Source of the DNA: Eledone cirrhosa
Lineage: Eukaryota
Assembly: GCA_964016885.1 (NCBI GenBank)
Contig: OZ024744.1
Span: 32,922,001-32,986,000, forward strand
Reading direction: 5' to 3'
DNA: 64,000 nt
The notes under the pieces were generated by a model that saw only the letters and a list, made by a program, of their open reading frames with translations, was not told the origin of the DNA and searched no databases. Below are positions 1 to 15,000 of this stretch, piece after piece (the stretch's first letter is position 1; every line of letters starts with the position of its first letter). Position numbers and translations under genes: made by a program.

Positions 1-3000
1 TTATCATGACACCTACACGACTACTTTTCAGAGTGGGCTGGGGGATTTTTATCATGACACCTACACAACCACTTTACAGAGAGGGCTCGGTGATTTTTAT
101 CACGACACCTACGCGACACTTTACAGAGAGGGTTGGGTGATTTTTATCATGACATCTACACAACCACTTTACAGAGAGGGCTGGGTGATTTTTATCATGA
201 CACCTACACGACCACTTTACAGAGAGGGTTGGGTGATTTTTATCAATACACCTACACAACCACTTTACAGTGAGGGCTGGGTGATTTATATCATGACACC
301 TACACAACCACTTTACAGAGTGGGCTGGGTGATTTTTATCATGACACCTACACAACCACTTTACAGAGAGGGCTGGGTGATTTTTATCATGACACCTACA
401 CAACCACTTTGCAGTGTGGGCTGGGTGATTTTTATCATGACACCTACACAACCACTTTACAGTGTGTGCTGGGTGATTTTTATCATGACACCTACACAAT
501 CACTTTACAGAGAAGGCTGGGTGATTTTTATCATGACACCAACACGACCACTTTTAGAGAGGGCTGGGTGATTTTTATCATGACACCTACACGACCACGT
601 TTCAGAGAGGGCTGGGTAATTTTTACATGACACCTACACAACCACTTTACAGTGTTGGCTGGGTGATTTTTATCATGACACCTACACGATCAATTTACAG
701 TGTGGGCTGCGTGATTTTTCAAATGACAACTACCCAACCACTTTACAGAGAGGGTTGGGCGATTTTTATCATTACACCTACACGACCACTTTACAGTGTG
801 GAGTGGGTGATTCTTATCATGACACCTACACGACCACTTTGCAGAGAGGGCTGGGTGATTCTTATCATGACACCTACACAACAACTTTACAGAGAGGGCA
901 GGTTGATTTTTATCATGACACCTACACAACCACTTTACAGAGAGGGCTGGGTGATTTTTATCACGACACCTACACGACCACTTTACAGTGACGGATGGGT
1001 GATTCTTATCATGACACCTACACAACAACTTTACAGAGAGGGCAGGTTGATTTTTATCATGACACCCACACGACTACTTTACAGAGAGGGTTGGGTGATT
1101 TTTATCATGACACCTACACAACCACTTTACAGTGACGGATGGGTGATTTTTATCATGACACCTACACAACTACTTTACAGTGTGGGCTGGGTGATTTTTA
1201 TCATGACACCTACACAATCACTTTACAGAGAGGGCTGGGTGATTTTTATCATGACACCTACACGACCAGTTTACAGAGAGGCTGGGTTATTTTCATCATG
1301 ACACCTACAAAACCACTTTACAGTGAGGGCTGGTTGATTTTTATCATGACACCTACACGACCAGTTTAAAGAGAGGGCTGGGTGATTTTTATCATGACAC
1401 CTACATAACCACTTTACAGTGTGGGCTGGGTGATTTTTATCATGACACCTACACGATCACTTTACAGTGTGGGTTGGGTGATTTTTCAAATGACAACTAC
1501 AAAACCACTTAACAGAGAGGGTTGGGGGATTTTTATCATGACACCTACAAGACCACTTTACAGAGATGGCTGGGTGATTTTATCACGACACGTATACGAC
1601 CACTTCACAGAGAGGGTTGGGTGATTTTTATCATGACACCTACATAACCACATTACAGTGTGGGCTGGGTGATTTTTATCATGACACCTTCACGACCACT
1701 TTACAGAGAGGGTTGGGTGATTTTTATCATGACACCTACACAACCACTTTACAGAGAGGGCTGGGTGATTTTTCTCATGACACCTACACAACAACTTTAC
1801 AGAGAGGGCTGGTTGATTTTTATCATGACACCTACACGACCACTTTACAGAGAAGGCTGGGTGGTTTTTTATCATGACACCTACACGACCACTTTACAGA
1901 GAGGGCTGGTTGATTTTTATAATGACACCTACACGACCACTTTAGAGAGTGGGCTGGGTTGTTTTTATCATGACACCTACAAGACCAATTTAAAGAGAGG
2001 GCTGGGTTATTTTTATCATGACACCTACACGACCACTTTACAGAGAGGGCTGGGTGATTTTTATAATGACACCTACACGACCACTTTAGAGAGTGGGCTG
2101 GGTGATTTTATCATGACACCTACACGACCACGTTTCAGAGAGGGCTGGGTGATTTTTACATGACACCTACACAACCACTTTACAGTGTTGGCTGGGTGAT
2201 TTTTATCATGACACCTACACGATCACTTTACAGTGTGGGTTGGGTGATTTTTCAAATAACAACTACACAACCACTTTACAGAGTGGGTTGGGCGATTTTT
2301 ATCATGACACCTACACGACCACTTTACAGAGAAGGCTGTGTGGGTTTTATCATGACACCTACACGACCACTTTACAGAGAGGGCTGGGTGATATTTATCA
2401 TGACACCTACACGACTACTTTTCAGAGTGGGCTGGGGGATTTTTATCATGACACCTACACAACCACTTTACAGAGAGGGCTCGGTGATTTTTATCACGAC
2501 ACCTACGCGACACTTTACAGAGAGGGTTGGGTGATTTTTATCATGACATCTACACAACCACTTTACAGAGAGGGCTGGGTGATTTTTATCATGACACCTA
2601 CACGACCACTTTACAGAGAGGGTTGGGTGATTTTTATCAATACACCTACACAACCACTTTACTGTGAGGGCTGGGTGATTTATATCATGACACCTACACA
2701 ACCACTTTACAGAGTGGGCTGGGTGATTTTTATCATGACACCTACACAACCACTTTACAGAGAGGGCTGGGTGATTTTTATCATGACACCTACACAACCA
2801 CTTTGCAGTGTGGGCTGGGTGATTTTTATCATGACACCTACACAACCACTTTACAGTGTGTGCTGGGTGATTTTTATCATGACACCTACACAATCACTTT
2901 ACAGAGAAGGCTGGGTGATTTTTATCATGACACCAACACGACCACTTTTAGAGAGGGCTGGGTGATTTTTATCATGACACCTACACGACCACGTTTCAGA

Positions 3001-6000
3001 GAGGGCTGGGTAATTTTTACATGACACCTACACAACCACTTTACAGTGTTGGCTGGGTGATTTTTATCATGACACCTACACGATCAATTTACAGTGTGGG
3101 CTGCGTGATTTTTCAAATGACAACTACCCAACCACTTTACAGAGAGGGTTGGGCGATTTTTATCATTACACCTACACGACCACTTTACAGTGTGGAGTGG
3201 GTGATTTTTATCATGACACCTACACGACCACTTTGCAGAGAGGGCTGGGTGATTCTTATCATGACACCTACACAACAACTTTACAGAGAGGGCAGGTTGA
3301 TTTTTATCATGACACCTACACAACCACTTTACAGAGAGGGCTGGGTGATTTTTATCACGACACCTACACGACCACTTTACAGTGACGGATGGGTGATTCT
3401 TATCATGACACCTACACAACAACTTTACAGAGAGGGCAGGTTGATTTTTATCATGACACCCACACGACTACTTTACAGAGAGGGTTGGGTGATTTTTATC
3501 ATGACACCTACACAACCACTTTACAGTGACGGATGCGTGATTTTTATCATGACACCTACACAACTACTTTACAGTGTGGGCTGGGTGATTTTTATCATGA
3601 CACCTACACAATCACTTTACAGAGAGGGCTGGGTGATTTTTATCATGACACCTACACGACCAGTTTACAGAGAGGCTGGGTTATTTTCATCATGACACCT
3701 ACAAAACCACTTTACAGTGAGGGCTGGTTGATTTTTATCATGACACCTACACGACCAGTTTAAAGAGAGGGCTGGGTCATTTTTATCAATACACCTACAA
3801 AACCACTTTACATAGATGGCTGGGTGATCTTATCACGACACCTATACTACCACTTCACAGAGAGGGTTGGGTGATTTTTATCATGACACCTACACGACCA
3901 CTTTACAGAGAAGGCTGTGTGGGTTTTATCATGACACCTACACGACCACTTTACAGAGAGGGCTGGGTGATATTTATCATGACACCTACACGACTACTTT
4001 TCAGAGTGGGCTGGGGGATTTTTATCATGACACCTACACAACCACTTTACAGAGAGGGCTCGGTGATTTTTATCACGACACCTACGCGACACTTTACAGA
4101 GAGGGTTGGGTGATTTTTATCATGACATCTACACAACCACTTTACAGAGAGGGCTGGGTGATTTTTATCATGACACCTACACGACCACTTTACAGAGAGG
4201 GTTGGGTGATTTTTATCAATACACCTACACAACCACTTTACAGTGAGGGCTGGGTGATTTATATCATGACACCTACACAACCACTTTACAGAGTGGGCTG
4301 GGTGATTTTTATCATGACACCTACACAACCACTTTACAGAGAGGGCTGGGTGATTTTTATCATGACACCTACACAACCACTTTGCAGTGTGGGCTGGGTG
4401 ATTTTTATCATGACACCTACACAACCACTTTACAGTGTGTGCTGGGTGATTTTTATCATGACACCTACACAATCACTTTACAGAGAAGGCTGGGTGATTT
4501 TTATCATGACACCAACACGACCACTTTTAGAGAGGGCTGGGTGATTTTTATCATGACACCTACACGACCACGTTTCAGAGAGGGCTGGGTAATTTTTACA
4601 TGACACCTACACAACCACTTTACAGTGTTGGCTGGGTGATTTTTATCATGACACCTACACGATCAATTTACAGTGTGGGCTGCGTGATTTTTCAAATGAC
4701 AACTACCCAACCACTTTACAGAGAGGGTTGGGCGATTTTTATCATTACACCTACACGACCACTTTACAGTGTGGAGTGGGTGATTTTTATCATGACACCT
4801 ACACGACCACTTTGCAGAGAGGGCTGGGTGATTCTTATCATGACACCTACACAACAACTTTACAGAGAGGGCAGGTTGATTTTTATCATGACACCTACAC
4901 AACCACTTTACAGAGAGGGCTGGGTGATTTTTATCACGACACCTACACGACCACTTTACAGTGACGGATGGGTGATTCTTATCATGACACCTACACAACA
5001 ACTTTACAGAGAGGGCAGGTTGATTTTTATCATGACACCCACACGACTACTTTAAAGAGAGGGTTGGGTGATTTTTATCATGACACCTACACAACCACTT
5101 TACAGTGACGGATGGGTGATTTTTATCATGACACATACACAACTACTTTACAGTGTGGGCTGGGTGATTTTTATCATGACACCTACACAATCACTTTACA
5201 GAGAGGGCTGGGTGATTTTTATCATGACACCTACACGACCAGTTTACAGAGAGGCTGGGTTATTTTCATCATGACACCTACAAAACCACTTTACAGTGAG
5301 GGCTGGTTGATTTTTATCATGACACCTACACGACCAGTTTAAAGAGAGGGCTGGGTGATTTTTATCATGACACCTACATAACCACTTTACAGTGTGGGCT
5401 GGGTGATTTTTATCATGACACCTACACGATCACTTTACAGTGTGGGTTGGGTGATTTTTCAAATGACAACTACAAAACCACTTAACAGAGAGGGTTGGGG
5501 GATTTTTATCATGACACCTACAAGACCACTTTACAGAGATGGCTGGGTGATTTTATCACGACACGTATACGACCACTTCACAGAGAGGGTTGGGTGATTT
5601 TTATCATGACACCTACATAACCACATTACAGTGTGGGCTGGGTGATTTTTATCATGACACCTTCACGACCACTTTACAGAGAGGGTTGGGTGATTTTTAT
5701 CATGACACCTACACAACCACTTTACAGAGAGGGCTGGGTGATTTTTCTCATGACACCTACACAACAACTTTACAGAGAGGGCTGGTTGATTTTTATCATG
5801 ACACCTACACGACCACTTTACAGAGAAGGCTGGGTGGTTTTTTATCATGACACCTACACGACCACTTTACAGAGAGGGCTGGTTGATTTTTATAATGACA
5901 CCTACACGACCACTTTAGAGAGTGGGCTGGGTTGTTTTTATCATGACACCTACAAGACCAATTTAAAGAGAGGGCTGGGTTATTTTTATCATGACACCTA

Positions 6001-9000
6001 CACGACCACTTTACAGAGAGGGCTGGGTGATTTTTATAATGACACCTACACGACCACTTTAGAGAGTGGGCTGGGTGATTTTATCATGACAGCTACACAA
6101 CCACTTTACAGAGAGGGCTCGGTGATTTTTGTCACGACACATACGCGACCACTTTACAGAGAGGGTTGGGTGATTTTTATCATGACACCTACACGACCCC
6201 TTTTAGAGAGGGCTGGGTGATTTTTATCATGTCACTTACACGACCACTTTACAGTGTGGGTTGGGTGATTTTTATCATGACACCTATAAAACCACTTTAC
6301 AGTGTGGGCTGGGTGATTTTTATCAATACACCTACAAAACCACTTTACAGAGTGGGTTGGGGGATTATTATCATGACACCTACAGGACCACTTTACAGTG
6401 CGGGTTGGGTGATTTTTATCATGACATCTACACGACCACTTTACAGAGTGGGCTGGGTGATTATTATCATGACACCAACACGACCACTTTACACTGAGGG
6501 TTGGGTGATTTTTATCATGTCACCTGCACAACCACTTTGCAGTGTGGGCTGGGTGATTTATATCATGACACCTACACAACCACTTTACAGAGAGGGCTGG
6601 GTGATTTTTATCACGACACCTACACAACCACTTTACAGTGAGGGCTGGGTGAATTTTATCATGACACCTACACAACCACTTTACAGTGTGGGCTGGGTGA
6701 TTTTTATCATGACACCTACACAATCACTTTACAGAGAGGGTTGGGTGATTTTTATCATGACACCTACACGACCACTTTTCAGAGAGGGCTGGTTGATTTT
6801 TAAAATGACACCTACACAACCACTTTACAGTGTTGGCTGGGTGATTTTTATCATGACACCTACACGATCACTTTACAGTGTGGGTTGGGTGATTTTTCAA
6901 ATGACAACTACACAACCACTTTACAGAGAGGGTTGGGTGATTTTTATCATGACACCTACACGACCACTTTCCAGTGTGGGCTGGGTGATTTTTATCAATA
7001 CACCTACAAAACCACTTTACAAAGAGGGTTGGGTTATTTTTATCATGACACCTACAAGACCACTTTACACAGATGGCTGGGTGATTTTATCACGACACCA
7101 ATACGACCACTTTACAGAGAGGGTTGGGTTATTTTTATCATGACACCTACATAACCACTTTACAGTGTGGGCTGGGTGATTTTTACCATGACACCTTCAC
7201 GACCACTTTACAGAGAGGGTTTGGGGATTTCTATCATGACACCCACACAACCACTTTACAGAGAGGGCTGGGTGATATTTATCATGACACCTACACAACC
7301 ACTTTACATTGAGGGTGGGTGATTTTATCATGACACCTACACAACCAGTTTACAATGTGCGCTGGGTGATTTTTATCATGACACCTACAGGACCACTTTA
7401 CAGTGTGGAGTGTGTGATTTTTATCATGACACCTACACGACCACCTTGCAGAGAGGGCTGGGTGATTTTTATCATGACACCTACTCAACAACTTTACAGA
7501 GAGGGCTGGTTGATTTTTATCATGAAACCTACATAACCACTTTACAGAGAGGGCTGGGCGATTTTTATCACGACACCTACACGACCACTTTACAGAGAGG
7601 GCTGGGTTATTTTTATCATGATACCTACAAGACCACTTTAAAGAGAGGGCTGGGTGATTTTTATCATGACAGCTACACGACCACTTTAACACTGAATGTT
7701 GGGTGATTTTTATCATGACACCTACACACCCACTTTACAGAGAGGGTTGGGTGATTTTTATCACGACACCTACACAACCACTTTACAGTGTGGGCTGGGT
7801 GATTTTTATCATGATACCTACACAATCACTTTACAGAGAGGGCTGGGTGATTTTTATCATGACACCTACACGACCACTTTACAGTGTGGGCTGGGTGATT
7901 TTTATCATGACACCTACACGACCACTTTACAGAGAGGGGTGGGTTATTTTTATCATGACACCTACACAACCACTTTACAGTGAGGGTGGGATATTTTTAT
8001 CATGACACCTGCTCGACCACTTTACAGAGTGGGCTGGGTGATTTTTATCATGACACCTACACAACCACTTTACAGTGAGGGCTGGGTGATTTTTATCATG
8101 ACACCTACACGACCACGTTTCAGAGAGGGCTGGGTGATTTTTACATGACACCTACACAACCACTTTCCAGTGTGGACTGGGTGATTTTTATCAATACACC
8201 TACAAAACCACTTTACAGAGATGGCTGGGCGATTTTATCACGACACCAATACGACCACTTTACAGAGAGGGTTGGGTGATTTTTATCATGACACCTACAG
8301 AAGCACTTTACAGTGTGGGCTGGGTGATTTTTATCATGATACCTACACAACCACTTTACACTGAGGGTTGGGTGATTTTTATCATGACACCTACACAACC
8401 ACATTACATAGAGGGCTGGATGATTTTTATCACGACACCTACACCACCACTTTACAGTGTGGGCTGGGTGATTTTTATCATGATACCTACACAACCACTT
8501 TACAGTGTGGGCTGGGTGATTTTTATCATGACACCTACACAACCACTTTACAGAGTGGGCTGGGTTATTTTTATCATGACACCTACACAACCACTTTACA
8601 GTGAGGGTGGGAGATTTTTATCATGACACCTGCTCGACCACTTTACAGAGTGGGCTGGGTGATTTTTATCATGACACCTACACAACCACTTTACAGATAG
8701 GGCTGGGTGATATTTATCATGACACCTACACAACCACTTTACATTGAGGGTCGGTGATTTTATCATGACACCTACACAACCAGTTTACAGTGTGCGCTGG
8801 GTGATTTTTATCATGACACCTACAGGACCACTTTACAGTATGGAGTGTGTGATTTTTATCATGACACCTACACGGCCACTTTGCAGAGAGGGCTGGGTGA
8901 TTTTTATCATGACACCTACACAACCACTTTTCAGTGAGGGCTGGGTGATTTTTATCACGACACCTACACGACCACTTTACAGAGAGGGTTGGGTGATTTT

Positions 9001-12000
9001 TATCATGACAGCTACACGACCACTTTACAGAGAGGGCTGGGTGATTTTTATCACGACACCTACACGACCACTTTACAGAGAGGGTTGGGTGATTTTTATC
9101 ATGACACCTACACAACCACTTTTCAGTGAGGGCTGGGTGATTTTTATCATGACACCTACACAACCACTTTACAGTGTGGGCTGGGTGATTTTTATCATGA
9201 CACCTACACGACCACTTTACAGAGAGGGCTGGGTGATTTTTATCATGACACCTACACAACCACTTTACATAGAGGGCTGGGTGATTTTTATCATGACACC
9301 TACACAACAACTTTATATAGAGGACTGGGGTATTTTATCATGACACCTACACGACCACTTTTCAGAGAGGGATGGGTGATTTTTATCATGACACCTACAC
9401 AACCACTTTACAGTGTTGGCTGGGTGATTTTTATCATGACACCTACACGATCACTTTACAGTGTGGGTTGGGTGATTTTTCAAATGACAACTACACAACA
9501 ACTTTACAGAGAGGGTTGGGAGATTTTTATCATGACACCTACACGACCACTTTCCAGTGTGGGCTGGGTGATTTTTATCAATACACCTACAAAACCACTT
9601 AACAAAGAGGGCTGGGTGATTTTTATCATGATACCTACACAACCACTTTACAGTGTGGGCTGGGTGATTTTTATCATGACACCTACACGACCACTTTACA
9701 GAGAGGGCTGGGTTATTTTTATCATGACACCTACACAACCACTTTACAGTGAGGGTGGGATATTTTTATGATGACACCTGCTCGACCACTTTACAGAGTG
9801 GGCTGGGTGATTTTTATCATGACACCTACACAACCACTTTACAGTGAGGGCTGGGTGATTTTTATCATGACACCTACACGACCACTTTACAGTGAGGGCT
9901 GGGTGATTTTTATCATGACACCTACACGACCACGTTTCAGAGAGGGCTGGGTGATTTTTACATGACACCTACAAAACCACTTTACAGTGTTGGCTGGGTG
10001 ATTTTTATCATGACACCTACACGATCACTTTACAGTGTGGGTTGGGTGATTTTTCAAATGACAACTACACAACCACTTTACAGAGAGGGTTGGGCGATTT
10101 TTATCATGACACCTCCACGAACACTTTCCAGTGTGGGCTGGGTGATTTTTATCAATACACCTACAAAACCACTTTACAAAGAGGGTTGGGTTATTTTTAT
10201 CATGACACCTACAAGACCACTTTACAGAGATGGCTGGGTGATTTTATCACGACACCAATACGACCACTTTACAGAGAGGGTTGGGTGATTTTTATCATGA
10301 CACCTACAGAACCACTTTACAGTGTGGGCTGGGTGATTTTTATCATGACACCTTCACGACCACTTTACAGAGAGGGCTGCGTGATTTTTATCATGATACC
10401 TACACAACCACTTTACAGTGAGGGTTGGTTGATTTTTATCATGACACCTACACAACCACTTTACAGAGAGGGCTGGGGGATTTTTATCACGACACCTACA
10501 CAACCACTTTACAGTGTGGGCTGGGTGATTTTTATCATGATACCTACACAACCACTTTACAGTGTGGGCTGGGTGAGTTTTATCATGACACCTACACGAC
10601 CACTTTACAGAGAGGGCTGGGTGATTTTTATCATGACACCTACACAACCACTTTACAGTGTGGGCTGGGTGATTTTTATCATGACACCTACACGATCACT
10701 TTACAGTGTGGGTTGGGTGATTTTTCAAATGACAACTTCACATCCACTTTACAGAGAGGATTGGGTGATTTTTATCATGACACCTACACGACCACTTTCC
10801 AGTGTGGGCTGGGTGATTTTTATCAATACACCTACACAACCACTTTACAGAGAGTGTTGGGGGATTTTTATCATGACACCTACACGACCACTTAAACAAA
10901 GATGGCTGGGTGATTTTATCACGACACCTATACGACCACTTTACAGAGAGGGTTGGGTGATTTTTATCATGACACCTACTTAACCACTTTACAGTGTGGC
11001 CTGGGAGATATTTATCATGACAACTTCACGACCACTTTACAGAGAGGGTTGGGTGATTTCTATCATGACACCTACACAACCACTTTACAGAGAGGGCTGG
11101 GTGATTTTTATCATGATACCTACACAACCACTTTACACTGAGGGTTGGGTGATTTTTATCATGACACCTACACAACCACATTACAGAGAGGGCTGGATGA
11201 TTTTTATCACGACACCTACACCACCACTTTACAGTGTGGGCTGGGTGATTTTTATCATGATACCTACACAACCACTTTACAGTGTGGGCTGGGTGATTTT
11301 TATCATGACACCTACACAACCACTTTACAGAGAGGGCTGGGTTATTTTTATCATGACACCTACACAACCACTTTACAGTGAGGGTGGGAGATTTTTATCA
11401 TGACACCTGCTCGACCACTTTACAGAGTGGGCTGGGTGATTTTTATCATGACACCTACACAACCACTTTACAGATAGGGCTGGGTGATATTTATCATGAC
11501 ACCTACACAACCACTTTACATTGAGGGTGGGTAATTTTATCATGACACCTACACAACCAGTTTACAGTATGCGCTGGGTGATATTTATCATGACACCTAC
11601 AGGACCACTTTACAGTGTGGAGTGTGTGATTTTTATCATGACACCTACACGACCACTTTACAGAGAGGGCTGGGTGATTTTTATCATGACACCTACACAA
11701 CCACTTTTCAGTGAGGGCTGGGTGACTTTTATCATGATACCTACACAACCACTTTACAGTGTGGGCTGGGTGATTTTTATCATGACACCTACACGACCAC
11801 TTTACAGAGAGGGCTGGGTGATTTTTATCATGACACCTACACAACCACTTTACAGTGTGGGCTGGGTGATTTTTATCATGACACCTACACAATCACTTTA
11901 CAGAGAGGGCTGGGTGATTTTTATCATGACACCTACACGACCACTTTACAGAGAGGGCTGGGTTATTTTTATCATGATACCTGCACGACCACTTTAAAGA

Positions 12001-15000
12001 GAGGGCTGGGTGATTTTTATCATGACACCTACAAGACCACTTTAACACTGAATGTTGGGTGATTTTTATCATGACACCTACACAACCACTTTACAGAGAG
12101 GGCTGGGTGATTTTTATCACGACACCTACACGACCACTTTACAGAGAGGGTTGGGTGTTTTTTATCATGACACCTACATAACCACTTTACAGTGAGGGCT
12201 CGGTGATTTTTATCATGACACCTACACAACAACTTTACAGAGAGGGCTGGTTGATTTTTATCATGACACCTACACAACCACTTTACAGAGAGGGTTGGGT
12301 GATTTTTATCATGACACCTACACAACCACTTTACAGTGAGGGCTGGGTGATTTTTATCATGACACCTACACAACCACTTTACAGTGTGGGCTGGGTGATT
12401 TTTATCATGACACCTACAATATCACTTTACAGAGAGGGCTGGGTGATTTATATCATGACACCTACACGACCACTTTACAGAGAGGGCTGGGTTATTTTTA
12501 TCATGACACCTACAAAACCACTTTACAGTGAGGGCTGGGTGATTTTTATCATGACACCTACACGACCACTTTACAGAGAGGGCTGGGTGATTTTTATCAT
12601 GACATCTACACAACCACTTTAGAGTGTGGGCTGGGTGATTTTTTATCATGACACCTACACAACAACTTTACATAGAGGGCTGGGTGATTTTATCATGACA
12701 CCTACACGACCACTTTTTAGAGAGGGCTGGGTGATTTTTATCATGACACCTACACAACCACTTTACAGTGTGGGCTGGGTGATTTTTCAAATGGCAACTA
12801 CACAACCACTGTACAGAGAGGGTTGGGTGATTTTTATCATGACACATACACGACCACTTTCCAGTTTGGGCTGGGTGATTTTTATCAATACACCTACAAA
12901 ACTACTTTACAGAGAGGGTTGGGGGATTTTTATCATAGCACCTACAAGACCACTTTACAGAGATGGCTGGGTGATTTTATCACGACACCTATACGACCAC
13001 TTTACAGAGAGGGCTGGGTGATTTTTATCATGACACCTACACGACACTTTGCAGAGAGGGCTGGGTGATTTTTATCATAACACCTACACAACCACTTTAC
13101 AGTGAGGGCTGGGTGATTTTTATCATGACACCTACACGACCACTTTACACTGAGGGTTGGGTGATTTTTATCATGAGACCTACACAACCACTTTGCAGTG
13201 TGGGCTGGGTGATTGTTATCATGACACCTACACAACCACTTTACAGAGAGGGCTGGGTGATTTTTATCACGACACCTACACAACTACTTTACAGTGTGGG
13301 CTGGGTGATTTTTATCATCATACCTACACAACCACTTTACAGTGTGGGCTGGGTGATTTTTATCATGACACCTACACGACCACTTTACAGAGAGGGCTGG
13401 GTTATTTTTATCATGACACCTTCACAACCACTTTACTGTGAGGGTGGGAGATTTTTATCATGACACCTGCACGACCACTTTACACAGTGGGTTGGTTGAT
13501 TTTTATCATGACACTTACACGACCAATTTACAGAGAGGGCTGGGTGATTTTTATCATGACATCTACACAACCACTTTACAGAGAGGGCTGGGTGATTTTT
13601 ATCACGACACCTACACGTCCACTTTAAAGAGAGGGTTGGGTGATTTTTATCATGACACCTACACAACCAGTTTACAGTGTGGGCTGGGTGATTATTATCA
13701 TCACCACTACACAACCACTTTACAGAGAGGGCTGGGTGATATTTATCATGACACCTACACGACCACTTTACAGTGTGGGTTGGGTGATTTTTATCCTGGC
13801 ACCTACACAACCACTGTTCAGTGAGGGTTGGGTGATTTTTATCATGACACCTACACAGCCATTTTACAGTGTGGGCTGGGTGATTTTTATCATGACACCT
13901 GCACGACCACTTTACAGAGTGGGCTGGGTTATTTTTATCATGACACCTACACAACCACTTTACAGAGAGCGCTGGGTTATTTTTATCATGACACCTACAA
14001 AACCACTTTACAGTGAGGGCTGGCTTATATTTATCATGACACCTACACAACAACTTTACAGAGAGGGCTGGTTGATTTTTATCATGACACCTACACAACC
14101 ACTTTACAGAGAGGGCTGGGTGATTTTTATCACGACACGTACACGACCACTTTACAGAGAGGTTTGGGTGATTTTTATCATGACACCTACAAAACCACTT
14201 TACAGTGAGGGCTGGGTGATTTTTATCATGACACCTACACTATCACTTTACAGAGAGGGCTGGGTGATTTATATCATGACACCTACACAACAACTTTACA
14301 TAGAGGGCTGGGTGATTTTTATCATGACACCTACACGACCACTTTACAGAGAGGGTTGGGTGATTTTTATCATGACACCTACAAAACCACTTTACAGTGA
14401 GGGCTGGGTGATTTTTATCACGACACCTACACAACCACTTTACAGTGTGGGCTGGGTGATTTTTCAAATGACAACTACACAACCACTGTACAGAGAGGGT
14501 TGGGTGATTTTTATCATGACACATACACGACCACTTTCCAGTTTGGGCTGGGTGATTTTTATCAATACACCTACAAAACCACATTACAGAGAGGGTTGGG
14601 GGATTTTTTTCATAGCACCTACAAGACCACTTTACAGAGATGGCTGGGTGATTTTATCACGACACCTATACGACCACTTTACAGAGAGGGCTGGGTGATT
14701 TTTATCATGAAACCTACACGACCACTTTACACAGTGGGCTGGGTGATTTTTATCAAGACGCCTACACGACCACTTTAAAGAGAGGGCTGGGTGATTTTTA
14801 TCATGACACCTACACGACACTTTACAGAGAGGGCTGGGTGATTATTATCATGACACCTACACAATCACTTTACAAAGAGGGTTGGGGGATTTTTTCATAG
14901 CACCTACAAGACCACTTTACAGAGATGGCTGGGTGATTTTATCACGACACCTATACGACCACTATACAGAGAGGGCTGGGTGATTTTTATCATGACACCT